A stretch of DNA of 64,000 nt from Candidatus Babeliales bacterium (GTDB lineage Bacteria; Babelota; Babeliae; Babelales; JBFXEV01): the NCBI GenBank assembly GCA_050179755.1, contig JBFXEV010000001.1, positions 613,940 through 677,939 on the forward strand. The letters are read 5' to 3'. Below are positions 1 to 8,573 of the stretch, piece by piece. Numbering within the stretch: the stretch's first letter is position 1; each line of letters starts with the position of its first letter. The notes beneath the pieces were generated by a model. The model was not told the DNA's origin, ran no database searches, and saw nothing but the letters and a program-made list of their open reading frames with translations. A program made the position numbers and the translations under genes.

Positions 1-74
1 GTAGTGGTGTTTTCTCTTCTTTGTGTAGAGAGCTTACCAAGATGCTATCTTGAGTAAGCTCCAGATTTGATGAC

Positions 75-2288
75 TTAATTAATATTATCAACAATAAATT
101 CAGAAACCGCCTCGCCAATTAAATAAGCTGCAATTGCTGTATTACCCGCATGAATCCAGGGTTTTACATATACGCTGGTATCTGCAACGCGTAGACTGTC
201 TACGCCAAGTACTCTGCATCGCGAATCAAGGACAGTGTTTGGATTCTTTGCTTTTCCAGTTTGTTTGTCTACTGCGCCCATTTGGCACGTACCGCTTATG
301 TGATGTCCCCACGAGCTCCAATTTTTTATGTATTGTTTAAGTTCATCAACAGTAGCAGCATTTGGACCGGGAATAATTTCCCATGGCTGGCCAGGAATGC
401 TGTATTTATCTTTGATGAGTGGGTTATTCATCACGTTACGTACCTCTTGAATCATAAGAGCAATTCGTTCTATTGCTATTTCATCTTCAAAAAGTTGTTC
501 GTGCAGTATTGGTGAAATTCTTGGATCTTTGCTTGCCAGGCGAACTGTGCCATTAGCAACGTGTGGTACTAAGTTTACTAGGTTCCAACTAAGAAACGTT
601 CGTGGACTGGAAGTAAACATTGAAAAAAATGTTGCTCCTTGGAGCGGCACTCCTGTTTGATCAAGCGGATCATCAATATTTGGTATTAGTTGATTTCTTG
701 GGAAATCAAAATAATTGCCTGGATATTGTGGGCCAAACCATGTTTGATCAAAATTAAATATAAAGGCATTAAATGGTATTGCTTGGATTTTAGGGAGCGG
801 GAATTGCCCTGTTTGTTCGCCAGCAAAATTATACCATTGGAGCGAGGATGTATTATAAGCCAAAGGGTTTTCTGGAAACGCTGCAAGTGATGCAATGCAT
901 ACAGCAAATATTTCTGGGTTAATTTGTTCTAAATTTGGGTTAAGAGCCAATATAAAAGCTGCTTGCCAAGCTGGTATAAAAACTAAAGGATTAGTTTCGT
1001 AACTTAGATACGCTTCGCAATGGTCTAGCAGATCAGATCCCACGCCTGGTAGATTAATTTTGGTTTTTATACCTACATCTTCTAAGTGTTCTTTTGGCCC
1101 AATACCAGAGAGCATAAGCAGTTGCGGTGATTGAAGTGCACCACAGCACACGATTACCTCTTTTTTGGCAATATAATTGGTGGTGCGGGCAGGTAAAGAT
1201 TGATCAGTGTTTATTGCAAGGCAATCAGTAGGGTTTGGACAACTTTCAACGGGGCATATAACTTCAAATGCGGCGCCAGATTGTACTTCTTGCAAATATG
1301 CTTTGTCATAAGCTTTAACGCCAACTGCTTTATATTTATTTTGGTTTTTGCAGCATGAACGTTTGTTTTCCTTCAAGATAATTTCTGAAACCAAGGTATT
1401 AAAAATAACTCTAATATTTCCTGTGTTGGCCATTTCAGGTACTAATAAATCTTGGTAGCCATAAGATCGATTCCCTGCAGCAGTAATATCTTGATCATTG
1501 TTGCCAATACCAACGATTTCTTGAGGATTACAAAAGTTTTCAAGAAAAGGTTTTTGAACCATAGCAACAACTACATCGGCGATATCTTGTGATAATTCTT
1601 CTATTGGCGTATGTTTAATTGATAACCAACCTTCTGTCGAGCAGCCATCACCTGGTGTTGCATATAGAATCTTTACTATTTTATTATACAAGCGATGTAT
1701 GTTATCGCCTCTCCAGTAATCATCTTCAACAACTTCGGCAATATTATTATAGACTTGTAATGATCCAAGTATATGTACAAAGCCATGCATATTAGATGAG
1801 CCACCTGCTCCAAGTCCACGAGGATATGCATAATATATGCCATTTTGATCAGAAGAAATAAAGTTTGCAAGATTTTGCGTTGCGTTCCAGTTGCCACAAT
1901 TAGTTGAATTGGGATCTTGGTTAAATCTGTTTCTTTCAAGAACCAAATTTATAGGAATACGTATGAGATTTTTATCGAATTGAACGCGTGGGTCAGTAGA
2001 TTGTAAACTGGTATCGGGGCCCGCTTCAAGAACTATTACTGAATAGCCTGCTTGTGCAAGGCGTGCTGCTACCACTGAACCAGCAGTTCCTGCCCCTACT
2101 ATTATATAGTCAGCGCTATAATCAAACGATCCATGGCACGAATATTGTTTTTGGCAGCATGAGGGCAAACTACCTTTTTGGCTGTGGCCGTCTGTTTGTG
2201 CGAACGCCATATAAGGCGTAATTATATTGAGTAGTAAACTAAAAAAAATGAATTGTGCAAACATTTGTTTGCTGTGTGCTTTGTTCAT
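75..2288 (-). CDS. Secreted GMC-family FAD-dependent oxidoreductase (choline dehydrogenase/alcohol oxidase-like), 737 aa
   Basis: ATG at 2286-2288 preceded by AAAGGA. Signal-like N-terminus [24 protein letters not shown] Rossmann motif [18 protein letters not shown]-terminal GMC blocks [10 protein letters not shown] and [17 protein letters not shown]. Confidence 0.85.
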   Translation of the reverse strand: MNKAHSKQMFAQFIFFSLLLNIITPYMAFAQTDGHSQKGSLPSCCQKQYSCHGSFDYSADYIIVGAGTAGSVVAARLAQAGYSVIVLEAGPDTSLQSTDPRVQFDKNLIRIPINLVLERNRFNQDPNSTNCGNWNATQNLANFISSDQNGIYYAYPRGLGAGGSSNMHGFVHILGSLQVYNNIAEVVEDDYWRGDNIHRLYNKIVKILYATPGDGCSTEGWLSIKHTPIEELSQDIADVVVAMVQKPFLENFCNPQEIVGIGNNDQDITAAGNRSYGYQDLLVPEMANTGNIRVIFNTLVSEIILKENKRSCCKNQNKYKAVGVKAYDKAYLQEVQSGAAFEVICPVESCPNPTDCLAINTDQSLPARTTNYIAKKEVIVCCGALQSPQLLMLSGIGPKEHLEDVGIKTKINLPGVGSDLLDHCEAYLSYETNPLVFIPAWQAAFILALNPNLEQINPEIFAVCIASLAAFPENPLAYNTSSLQWYNFAGEQTGQFPLPKIQAIPFNAFIFNFDQTWFGPQYPGNYFDFPRNQLIPNIDDPLDQTGVPLQGATFFSMFTSSPRTFLSWNLVNLVPHVANGTVRLASKDPRISPILHEQLFEDEIAIERIALMIQEVRNVMNNPLIKDKYSIPGQPWEIIPGPNAATVDELKQYIKNWSSWGHHISGTCQMGAVDKQTGKAKNPNTVLDSRCRVLGVDSLRVADTSVYVKPWIHAGNTAIAAYLIGEAVSEFIVDNIN

Positions 2289-2496
2289 TACAAATCCTTT
2301 GCTTGTATTATTAAACTGCTTTTTGTTGGGTTGTTCTAGAGTTAGTTAAGCTGTTTTGGCGCCTTTCTTTTTAGCAAATTATTCCTAATATTACCTTAGC
2401 AGTTATGCTGGAAATTGCAATGCGCTGATTTTTTATTGTCACCTCTTGTGTTGTTTTGTTGCATTTGGGTACGCTAAAGTTAATAAAGGAGACGAA

Positions 2497-2907
2497 ATGC
2501 AAAAAACAATTACGTTGTTTTTGGTGATGTGTGGTCAAATGTATGCAATGGAGAAAGAACAAACTCAACAACGAATCTCAATAATGGTAGCCGCCTGGGT
2601 GGTAACGCCCGACACACCGCTTAATGAAAAAAGTGAATTTCGTTTATTTCAGTTCCCCAATGGTTCACGCAAAATTACTTATACGTCCAGGCCTCAAGGG
2701 ATTTTTGAAAAGCCGTGTGATGTAAAAACAGTATTAGAATTGCCTGCATCAAGTGTGATCGACATACCCATTCATTTACATAGCTGTACAAAAGACTATT
2801 TAAAGCTAAGTGCACCACAAGACGTTCATTGGTATAAAAGTTCTATCGTAACTCATGGTGCAGCAGTATTGAGTACGATTCTTGTTATGGCTGCACTTTT
2901 TCATTAG
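2497..2907 (+). CDS. Small hypothetical exported/tail-anchored protein (136 aa)
   Basis: ATG 2497 follows AAAGGAG (2485-2491). N-terminus MQKTITLFLVMCGQMYA, C-terminal hydrophobic GAAVLSTILVMAALF. No family recognised. 23-nt convergent overlap with the symporter gene. Confidence 0.45.
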   Translation: MQKTITLFLVMCGQMYAMEKEQTQQRISIMVAAWVVTPDTPLNEKSEFRLFQFPNGSRKITYTSRPQGIFEKPCDVKTVLELPASSVIDIPIHLHSCTKDYLKLSAPQDVHWYKSSIVTHGAAVLSTILVMAALFH

Positions 2908-4204
2908 GGATTTCAAGCACGTGTGCATATTTGTGCGCCAAGTATAAAAGCCCTAATACGTTTGGCACTGCGACAAGTGGCAAGATAACATCTGCAATTG
3001 CCCAGGCAAGAGGCACTGCTATTAATGATCCTACAAAAATGATTAAACAGACAAAAATTACATATGCATTTACATATTTAAATTGTGTGATCGTTGCAAA
3101 GCTTTGACGGCCATTAAAGCTGTTCCCAATTACTGTGCCGATCACAAACATGCAAATTGCTGCTACAAGTAATGGTCTGCCAAGAACCGGAATATATTGA
3201 TTAAAGACTTGATACATCATGGTGTTGTCAAGCGTGCCTTTTTGCCAAAGTCCAGAAATTAACACTAAAAGTCCTGATAATGTGCATAGTAGCATATCCA
3301 CACAGGCAGATACCATAGCAAGAATCCCTTGATCAGATGGATGTGCAACATCTGCCATTGCATGCGGAATAGAAGAAGTTCCCATGCCAGACTCGGTAAT
3401 AAAAGCACCTTTATAGACGCCAGAGCGCACTGCAGAATAAAAAGTTGCTCCTAGAAATCCGCCAAGCGCAGGCAATGGTGCAAATGAATATTTTAACACG
3501 AGGCTCAGCGCATCGAGTGTTGCGCTCCAATTGTTAATTAATATTATTAATGAAGATGAAACATAAATAAAAAACATTGCTGGTACTAGCTTGCTATTAA
3601 ACTCACCAATTCGTTTGGCGCCTCCTTGTAAAAGTATGAATACTAAGATAGCAAGTGTTGCGCCAGTGACCCATGTTGGTATAGATTCTTGCGCAAGTAC
3701 ATCTGCAAGCACGTTTGTTTGAAGCCCTGACCAGCAAGAAAATAAAAATACTGTTGCAAACGTGTACCACCAACCAAGCCATGGATATACTTTTTGTAAA
3801 TATTGCATGGGGCCGCCTACAATTTTGCCGTCTGGTTGTTGTGATCTAAAATGAACTGCAAAGGTAACTTCTGCAAACTTGGTAACGCTTGCAACAAAAG
3901 CATAAAAAACTAACCAAAACAAAGCGCCGGGCCCGCCGACAGCAATAGCGATTGAAGGCCCCACAATAGTGCCCATGCCAATAGAAGTAGACATGGCATT
4001 AAATAATGCATAAAACGGATTAATGCCAGCCCTATCGCTGCGTTCAGTTAAACCGTTTCTGAGCAAATGCCAAAAGCGAGGCAATCCTCTCAATTGCAAA
4101 AAATTGAGTTTTACAGTCAAAAAGAGAGCAGCACCAAGTAATATAAATGCTGCAGGCACTGCAAGCACGTAGGCAATGTAATCAATTAACGAAAGTAAAT
4201 TCAT
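2885..4204 (-). CDS. Alanine/glycine:cation symporter (AGCS family)
   Basis: Multi-TM 439-aa ORF with AGCS-type blocks GGPGALFWLVFYAFVASVTKFAE and VGGPMQYL. ATG at 4202-4204. Confidence 0.85.
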   Translation of the reverse strand: MNLLSLIDYIAYVLAVPAAFILLGAALFLTVKLNFLQLRGLPRFWHLLRNGLTERSDRAGINPFYALFNAMSTSIGMGTIVGPSIAIAVGGPGALFWLVFYAFVASVTKFAEVTFAVHFRSQQPDGKIVGGPMQYLQKVYPWLGWWYTFATVFLFSCWSGLQTNVLADVLAQESIPTWVTGATLAILVFILLQGGAKRIGEFNSKLVPAMFFIYVSSSLIILINNWSATLDALSLVLKYSFAPLPALGGFLGATFYSAVRSGVYKGAFITESGMGTSSIPHAMADVAHPSDQGILAMVSACVDMLLCTLSGLLVLISGLWQKGTLDNTMMYQVFNQYIPVLGRPLLVAAICMFVIGTVIGNSFNGRQSFATITQFKYVNAYVIFVCLIIFVGSLIAVPLAWAIADVILPLVAVPNVLGLLYLAHKYAHVLEIPNEKVQP

Positions 4205-4216
4205 GTGGTTCTTTCT

Positions 4217-4819
4217 TTATCTTACTTTTGCCAAATATGAAAGCGCGGATCTCAATTGATGATCAAAAGGGGCATTGCTCATATCATTAGTTTTAACGTG
4301 CTGTAGTGCGCCAGTAATTTCTTGCCGTGAATAATTGAGCGAAGTGAGTACTTGGGTAATTTGTTGCCATTGCTTTGCGCTGCTATCATCTGCTAAATTT
4401 ACACCACTCGTAATAAGTTGTGCTACTTTGTCTTTTAAATGTACCACAATTTGCTCAGCTTTTTTCTTGCCAATACCAGGTACTTTTGAAAGCATGGTGC
4501 TATTTTCTTGCCCTATTGCCTCAAGTGTGCCATTGCCACCTAAACATTCAAGCGTTGCAAGACCAATTTTAGGACCAATACCAGAGCAACTTATCACCAG
4601 CAAAAATACGGTGCGGTCAAGTTCTGTTTCAAATCCATAGAGTGTTGGGCCCTGCTCTTGGTTCCAATGAAGATAGGTCAATAAAGAACTTTCTTTATTA
4701 AGAGTATAGGCAGCTTCTTGAGCCACAAGTACCGCAAAACTAATGCCGGAGCCTGCAGCTTGTATTACTACTGTTTTGGGCCTAATGGAGTGAATGGTGC
4801 CTTTAATGCTATCAATCAT
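4217..4819 (-). CDS. ruvA: Holliday junction branch-migration protein RuvA
   Basis: MIDSIKGTI start, LYGF block, two HhH motifs (CSGIGPKIGLA, VPGIGKKKAEQIV), 200 aa. GAGGAA RBS upstream. Confidence 0.88.
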   Translation of the reverse strand: MIDSIKGTIHSIRPKTVVIQAAGSGISFAVLVAQEAAYTLNKESSLLTYLHWNQEQGPTLYGFETELDRTVFLLVISCSGIGPKIGLATLECLGGNGTLEAIGQENSTMLSKVPGIGKKKAEQIVVHLKDKVAQLITSGVNLADDSSAKQWQQITQVLTSLNYSRQEITGALQHVKTNDMSNAPFDHQLRSALSYLAKVR

Positions 4820-4954
4820 GTTTCCTCAATAAATTTTTACCTATTCTTGTTTCAAGTATACGGTGCAATTAATGCGCACGCAAATGGCCTTTATAGCATT
4901 TTTGTTGACAAATGAGCTTTGTGTGGTACCTTTTTAAATGAATTTGAAAGATAT

Positions 4955-5030
4955 GTGGGAATAGCTCAGCTGGTAGAGCGTTGCCTTGCCAAGGCAAAGG
5001 TCGCGGGTTCGAATCCCGTTTCCCACTCCA
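4955..5030 (+). tRNA. tRNA-Gly (anticodon GCC), CCA encoded
   Basis: Hand-folded cloverleaf: acceptor GTGGGAA/TTCCCAC, D stem GCTC/GAGC, anticodon stem TTGCC/GGCAA with loop TTGCCAA, T stem GCGGG/CCCGT with TTCGAAT loop, discriminator T, CCA. Confidence 0.95.
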
Positions 5031-5093
5031 CTCGCCGCCGCTCCTTTGGAGCTAAGGCGTAGTGCCACGCATAGCGCTTCGCGTGAAGGTGGG
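5031..5093 (+). repeat. GC-rich repeat family 1, copy D (immediately 3' of tRNA-Gly)
   Basis: CTCGCCGCCGCTCCTTTGGAGCTAAGGCGTAG...GCGCTTCGCGTGAAGGTGGG. Shares blocks (GGCGTAG, GCTTCGC, GAAGG-GG end) with copies at 6081, 10296, 33069, 48778 and 56237. Contains the hairpin GCTCC-TTT-GGAGC. Confidence 0.5.
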
Positions 5094-5109
5094 TAGTCTT
5101 CGTTCTTGT

Positions 5110-5131
5110 AGGCTATTTTCTATAGCCTTTA
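5110..5131 (+). terminator. Possible weak intrinsic terminator after tRNA-Gly
   Basis: 7-bp stem AGGCTAT/ATAGCCT (5110-5116 / 5122-5128), 5-nt loop, followed by TTTAT. Short stem and a poor U-tract. Confidence 0.3.
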
Positions 5132-5133
5132 TC

Positions 5134-5186
5134 CGCTCATCCAGAGTGTTCTATAAAGCTTTAGCGAAATAGAATGTATCGAGGGG
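5134..5186 (+). repeat. Structured repeat family 2, copy 1
   Basis: Arms CGCTCATCCAGAGTG ... ATGTATCGAGGGG enclosing its own stem TTCTAT/ATAGAA (5149-5154 / 5169-5174). Confidence 0.6.
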
Positions 5187-5285
5187 CATTCAGGACTATT
5201 TCCCAAAGCCGAGTATACTGATACACTTACAAATAGCGTCCTTAAATTATTGTTTTTATGATTTTTTTCTCAAGGTACCACATAT

Positions 5286-6059
5286 ATGAAATCTATTGTT
5301 CAAGAAGGTTCTACTATCTCCAAGGCGGTTGAAAGTGCCTGGCAATCAGCCGGCAAACCCCACGAGTTTACCGTAAAAATCCTTGAAGAACCACAACACA
5401 ACTTTATTGGTATGACCACGCGATCCGCAAAAGTCGCTTTATTTTTTAAAGAACCAATATCATCTGGTAAGTCACACGATAAAGCAGAACGTTTTGGTCG
5501 CCAAGAACGTGCCGAGCGCAGTGAGCGCCCAGAACGCGGCGAACGCTCTGAGCGTGATAACCGTGGACGCGCTAAAAAGCAAGGTCGCGGGCCTCGCCAA
5601 GAAACTAATGGCAAACCATCCTCGTATGCAAAAGATTTTAGAAATGCGCAAGAAGAACAGCCTTCTTGGCCTAAAGAGCGTGAGCGAGCGCCGCAACGTG
5701 CACATAGTAAACCTTCTTTTGAACAAAAAGAGCAAGCTTTAGAGCATGAAGGTTCAGAAGATATGGCATTTGATGGCGTGTTCTGGACGCCAGAAATGAT
5801 TATCATGGCAAAAGATTGGTTGCAAGGTTCACTGGCTGCAATGGATTTGCCGCATGTGCACTATTCTACTGATGTGAATCGCCTTTATTTTAAAGTTTCA
5901 TTTGACGAGCCGGTTAATCCTAATATGGCAACCGAACGTCAAATATTCCGTAGCTTTGCAATGCTTTTAATGCAGCATATGCGCAATAGGCTTAAGCGCC
6001 CACTTAAGGGGTTTAAGGTTGTGTTGTCCCGCGGCGGTGTTGACGTTGAAGATGAATAG
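5286..6059 (+). CDS. jag: Jag/KhpB-like RNA-binding protein with an R/E-rich central repeat and an atypical C-terminus
   Basis: Jag_N-like start MKSIVQEGSTISKAVESAWQSAGKPHEFTVKILEEPQHNFIGM. Conserved position directly upstream of mnmE. Central ERAERSERPERGERSERDNRGR low-complexity tract. I could not see a clear GxxG/R3H motif. Confidence 0.7.
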   Translation: MKSIVQEGSTISKAVESAWQSAGKPHEFTVKILEEPQHNFIGMTTRSAKVALFFKEPISSGKSHDKAERFGRQERAERSERPERGERSERDNRGRAKKQGRGPRQETNGKPSSYAKDFRNAQEEQPSWPKERERAPQRAHSKPSFEQKEQALEHEGSEDMAFDGVFWTPEMIIMAKDWLQGSLAAMDLPHVHYSTDVNRLYFKVSFDEPVNPNMATERQIFRSFAMLLMQHMRNRLKRPLKGFKVVLSRGGVDVEDE

Positions 6060-6080
6060 AAGAGAATTTCTTTCTCGTGA

Positions 6081-6135
6081 AATGGCCAAGCCAGGCGTAG
6101 CTTTTGCGAAGACTGGTGGCGTTGACGTGCACGAA
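6081..6135 (+). repeat. GC-rich repeat family 1, copy E (3' of jag)
   Basis: AATGGCCAAGCCAGGCGTAGCTTTTGCGAAGACTGGTGGCG. Aligns by eye with copy D (AGGCGTAG ... GCG-GAAG-TGG) and with copies at 48778 and 33069 (reverse). Confidence 0.45.
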
Positions 6136-6146
6136 GAATAATCAAT

Positions 6147-6245
6147 CGCTCACCCTGAGTAGTCCGTCATTTATGTGTTTTGCATTAAGCTTCTAGAGCC
6201 ATGAGTATGTTGTGGGAATAGGCAAATGACGGATGTATCGAAGGG
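6147..6245 (+). repeat. Structured repeat family 2, copy 2 (long centre)
   Basis: Arms CGCTCACCCTGAGTAG ... ATGTATCGAAGGG. Perfect 10-bp internal stem TCCGTCATTT/AAATGACGGA (6163-6172 / 6224-6233). Confidence 0.6.
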
Positions 6246-6271
6246 TTTCGGTTTCTATCGAGGTTATAAAC

Positions 6272-7705
6272 ATGGCATTATTTCATGCCAAAGATCAAGA
6301 AACTATTATAGCGCAATGCACCCCTCAAGGTAGTGGTGCATTGGCGCTTATTCGCTTATCTGGCAACACTGCATTTGAAGTTGCAGATCAACTTTGTAAG
6401 CTTGCAAGTAACATAAAGCTTTCTGAAGTTCCTTCACATACCGTGCATTATGGCAGCGTGGTAGAGCACACCGGTGCAATAATTGACCGCGTGATGATTA
6501 TTGCCATGCGTGGCCCCAAAACATTTACTGGCCAAGATACCGTAGAAATTACGTGTCATAATAATCAATTTGTGATTGAGCAAATTATTGAACGTGCAAT
6601 TGCGTGTGGTGCTCGTTTGGCTACGGGCGGCGAATTTTCAAAACGGTCAGTATTAAATAACAAGATGGATTTGGTGCAAGCAGAAGCAGTGCATGAATTG
6701 ATCCATGCAGCACATCAACAAAGTCTCAAGCAATCGCTGTCTCAGCTTGAAGGCAGCTTTAGCCGGTGGATTATCACTCTTGAAAAGCGCTTAGTTAAAT
6801 GCTTGGCACTTTCTGAAGCTAGTTTTGAATTTCTTGATGAAGAAAATATGGCGTTTGGTGGGCAAATTAGAGAGATGCTTTCCGCAACGCTCCGTGATAT
6901 TACCACCATTAAAAAAACGTTTGATCAACAACAACAAATTAGAGACGGCATTCGCATTGCCCTTTTGGGTTCAGTTAACGTAGGCAAATCATCTTTATTT
7001 AACGCACTGCTTGAAAAAGAACGCGCAATTGTGACTGATATTGCAGGCACCACGCGTGATGTTATAGAAGCAAGTATGAGCGTTGATGGTGGGTTTTGGA
7101 CGTTTGTGGATACAGCAGGATTACGCACAACCAATGACATTGTGGAGCTTAAAGGCATTGAACGATCTCACGAAGAAGCTGCAAAAGCTGATATTATTTT
7201 ATTGATCTATGATGGTGCACGCGAACTGCTTGAATCTGAGCGTGTGGTTTATCAATCAATTTTACGTGAGTATGGTTCTAAAGTTGTTGTGGTTCAAAAT
7301 AAGTCTGATCAATTTTTTTCACCGCTCATCCCGAGTGAATCGCGTAGCGATTTGTATCGAGGGACAGCCGATAAAAAAGATTTTCAAAAGTTGTTAATCC
7401 TTAAAACCTCTGTAAATCTTCCAGAAACTATCATTCAACTTCATCAAGTAATCAAAAATAAAGTGGCAACTCTTTTTGCAAGCAGCGCATCACCCTTTTT
7501 GCTTAATAAGCGTCAATTTCAATTGCTTGTGCAACTTGAACAAACAATTAATACTATAATGCCAATGCTAGATGGTGCTGTTGAATATGAGCTGCTCTCA
7601 TGCCATGTGCAAGATGCTTTGAGCAACCTTTCTGAACTTAGCGGTAAATCTATAAGTGAAGCCGGCATGGATGCAGTATTTAAAGAATTTTGTGTTGGAA
7701 AGTAA
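6272..7705 (+). CDS. mnmE: tRNA uridine-5-carboxymethylaminomethyl modification GTPase MnmE (TrmE)
   Basis: Start chosen at MALFHAKDQETIIAQCTP (ATG 6272). The track ORF begins 39 nt earlier, inside repeat copy 2. G motifs GSVNVGKSSL, DTAG and NKSD, and the C-terminal FCVGK signature. Confidence 0.92.
   Translation: MALFHAKDQETIIAQCTPQGSGALALIRLSGNTAFEVADQLCKLASNIKLSEVPSHTVHYGSVVEHTGAIIDRVMIIAMRGPKTFTGQDTVEITCHNNQFVIEQIIERAIACGARLATGGEFSKRSVLNNKMDLVQAEAVHELIHAAHQQSLKQSLSQLEGSFSRWIITLEKRLVKCLALSEASFEFLDEENMAFGGQIREMLSATLRDITTIKKTFDQQQQIRDGIRIALLGSVNVGKSSLFNALLEKERAIVTDIAGTTRDVIEASMSVDGGFWTFVDTAGLRTTNDIVELKGIERSHEEAAKADIILLIYDGARELLESERVVYQSILREYGSKVVVVQNKSDQFFSPLIPSESRSDLYRGTADKKDFQKLLILKTSVNLPETIIQLHQVIKNKVATLFASSASPFLLNKRQFQLLVQLEQTINTIMPMLDGAVEYELLSCHVQDALSNLSELSGKSISEAGMDAVFKEFCVGK
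7323..7363 (+). repeat. Structured repeat family 2, copy 3, in frame inside mnmE
   Basis: CGCTCATCCCGAGTGAATCGCGTAGCGATTTGTATCGAGGG with hairpin AATCGC-GTA-GCGATT. Translated as (P)LIPSESRSDLYRG just after the NKSD G4 motif. Confidence 0.6.
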
Positions 7706-7776
7706 CAATAACGCTGCTTGCCCGAATTTGCTGTAAGCAAAGAAGGGTATTTCGCGAATTCTGTAGAGGCAAATAG

Positions 7777-8480
7777 CTATTTTAACAATTGCATATATCC
7801 GTTAATTATCTTATTTTTATAATAGCCTAGAGCTTTTGGGTTAAGTAATAGTGCTGCTGCAACGTGTCCGCGCTCTTCTGCCATTTGCATTGGGGTTTGG
7901 CTTTTTTCTTTATATCTTACTCTAGCACTCAGTGTATGTTTAAGTTGATTTATATGTCTTATTGTAAGCGCAGCAATGATTTGTTCTTTATAGAGAGGAG
8001 TCATAACGCATTTATAAGCTGGCAGCTGTCTTAGTGGTAGATGATTAATAAAATCTTTTGGCATTGGTAAGCAAAAAGAAAAAATTTTGGTGTATACTTC
8101 TGCTGGCCTTGTTAAATTCAGTCGATTTATGCAGCATAAATAAGTGAACCATTTTTTTTTCATTCTATGCATCCACATATCAGAAAACTCAGGACCGCCC
8201 TGTGGACTTATTAACAATGTTTCTATGATCTGCAACCTGTTGTACATTGCAGCTTGATGAAAAGGAGGTGGATTTTTTAGTTTTTTTTTGATTTTGTTTT
8301 GACCTTGGCTCCTTTTAGCAGTAATTGAGCAGCGTCTGCTGAATTATCATTTTCAATTGTTGTAAATAAAAGACGACGCAGCGGTTGTTTTGATGGGGGT
8401 GCGCTCTTTTTCATAGCCATGATAGATGGAGCAAAAATGAGCGAGCAGGCAAGGAATGAGATAGATTGTCTTGCTGGCAT
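7777..8480 (-). pseudogene. Exported ankyrin-repeat protein gene split by a frameshift at a poly(A)9 tract
   Basis: ORFs 8277-8480 (signal + ...DAAQLLLKGAKVKTKSKKN*) and 7777-8247 are in different frames. The second frame read upstream gives KNPPPFHQAAMYNRLQIIETLL (ankyrin consensus). The junction is the T9 run at 8281-8289. A C-terminal ankyrin is also present (TPMQMAEERGHVAAALLLNPKA). Confidence 0.6.
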
Positions 8481-8573
8481 GTTATTCCTTTTTGAGTTTC
8501 ATCATATATACTCTTATTTTTAGTATACACAAGCAATTATTGTAACTGCAAGTGGGTATAGATAGCAGTTTAC

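Noticed and set aside
6147-6245. Hammerhead-like ribozyme core suggested by CUGAGUAG next to a stem.
   Set aside because: The core would need CUGANGA followed by stem II and GAA. Here positions 8-9 are UA, not GA. The other two copies have AGAGUG and CGAGUG at this place, so the hammerhead core is not conserved.
6233-6271. Upstream starts offered by the ORF track for mnmE (6233), rpsA (59753), the 20514 gene (21167), the 44580 gene (45296, TTG), wzx (47256, TTG) and deaD (60688, TTG).
   Set aside because: Alignment to the expected family N-termini and the position of Shine-Dalgarno-like sequences favour the internal ATGs listed in the features. The mnmE extension would translate through repeat copy 2.
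4955-6271. Genomic island or integrated element at the tRNA-Gly 3' end.
   Set aside because: The genes that follow (jag, mnmE) are core genes in their usual order. There is no integrase and no direct repeat of the tRNA 3' end. Only the short GC-rich repeats are unusual.
5031-6271. Chromosomal origin (oriC) near jag-mnmE, a common origin-proximal pair. TTATCC-containing strings occur at about 5129 and 10308, and CGTGGATAA occurs at about 60655.
   Set aside because: These are isolated 6-8 of 9 matches to the DnaA-box consensus. There is no cluster, no adjacent AT-rich unwinding element pattern, and no dnaA or dnaN nearby.
5031-7363. CRISPR array, or attC/integron cassette array, as an explanation for the recurring hairpin elements.
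   Set aside because: The copies are not regularly spaced, they are separated by or embedded in housekeeping genes, the repeat lengths differ (41-99 nt), and no cas or integrase gene is present in the window.
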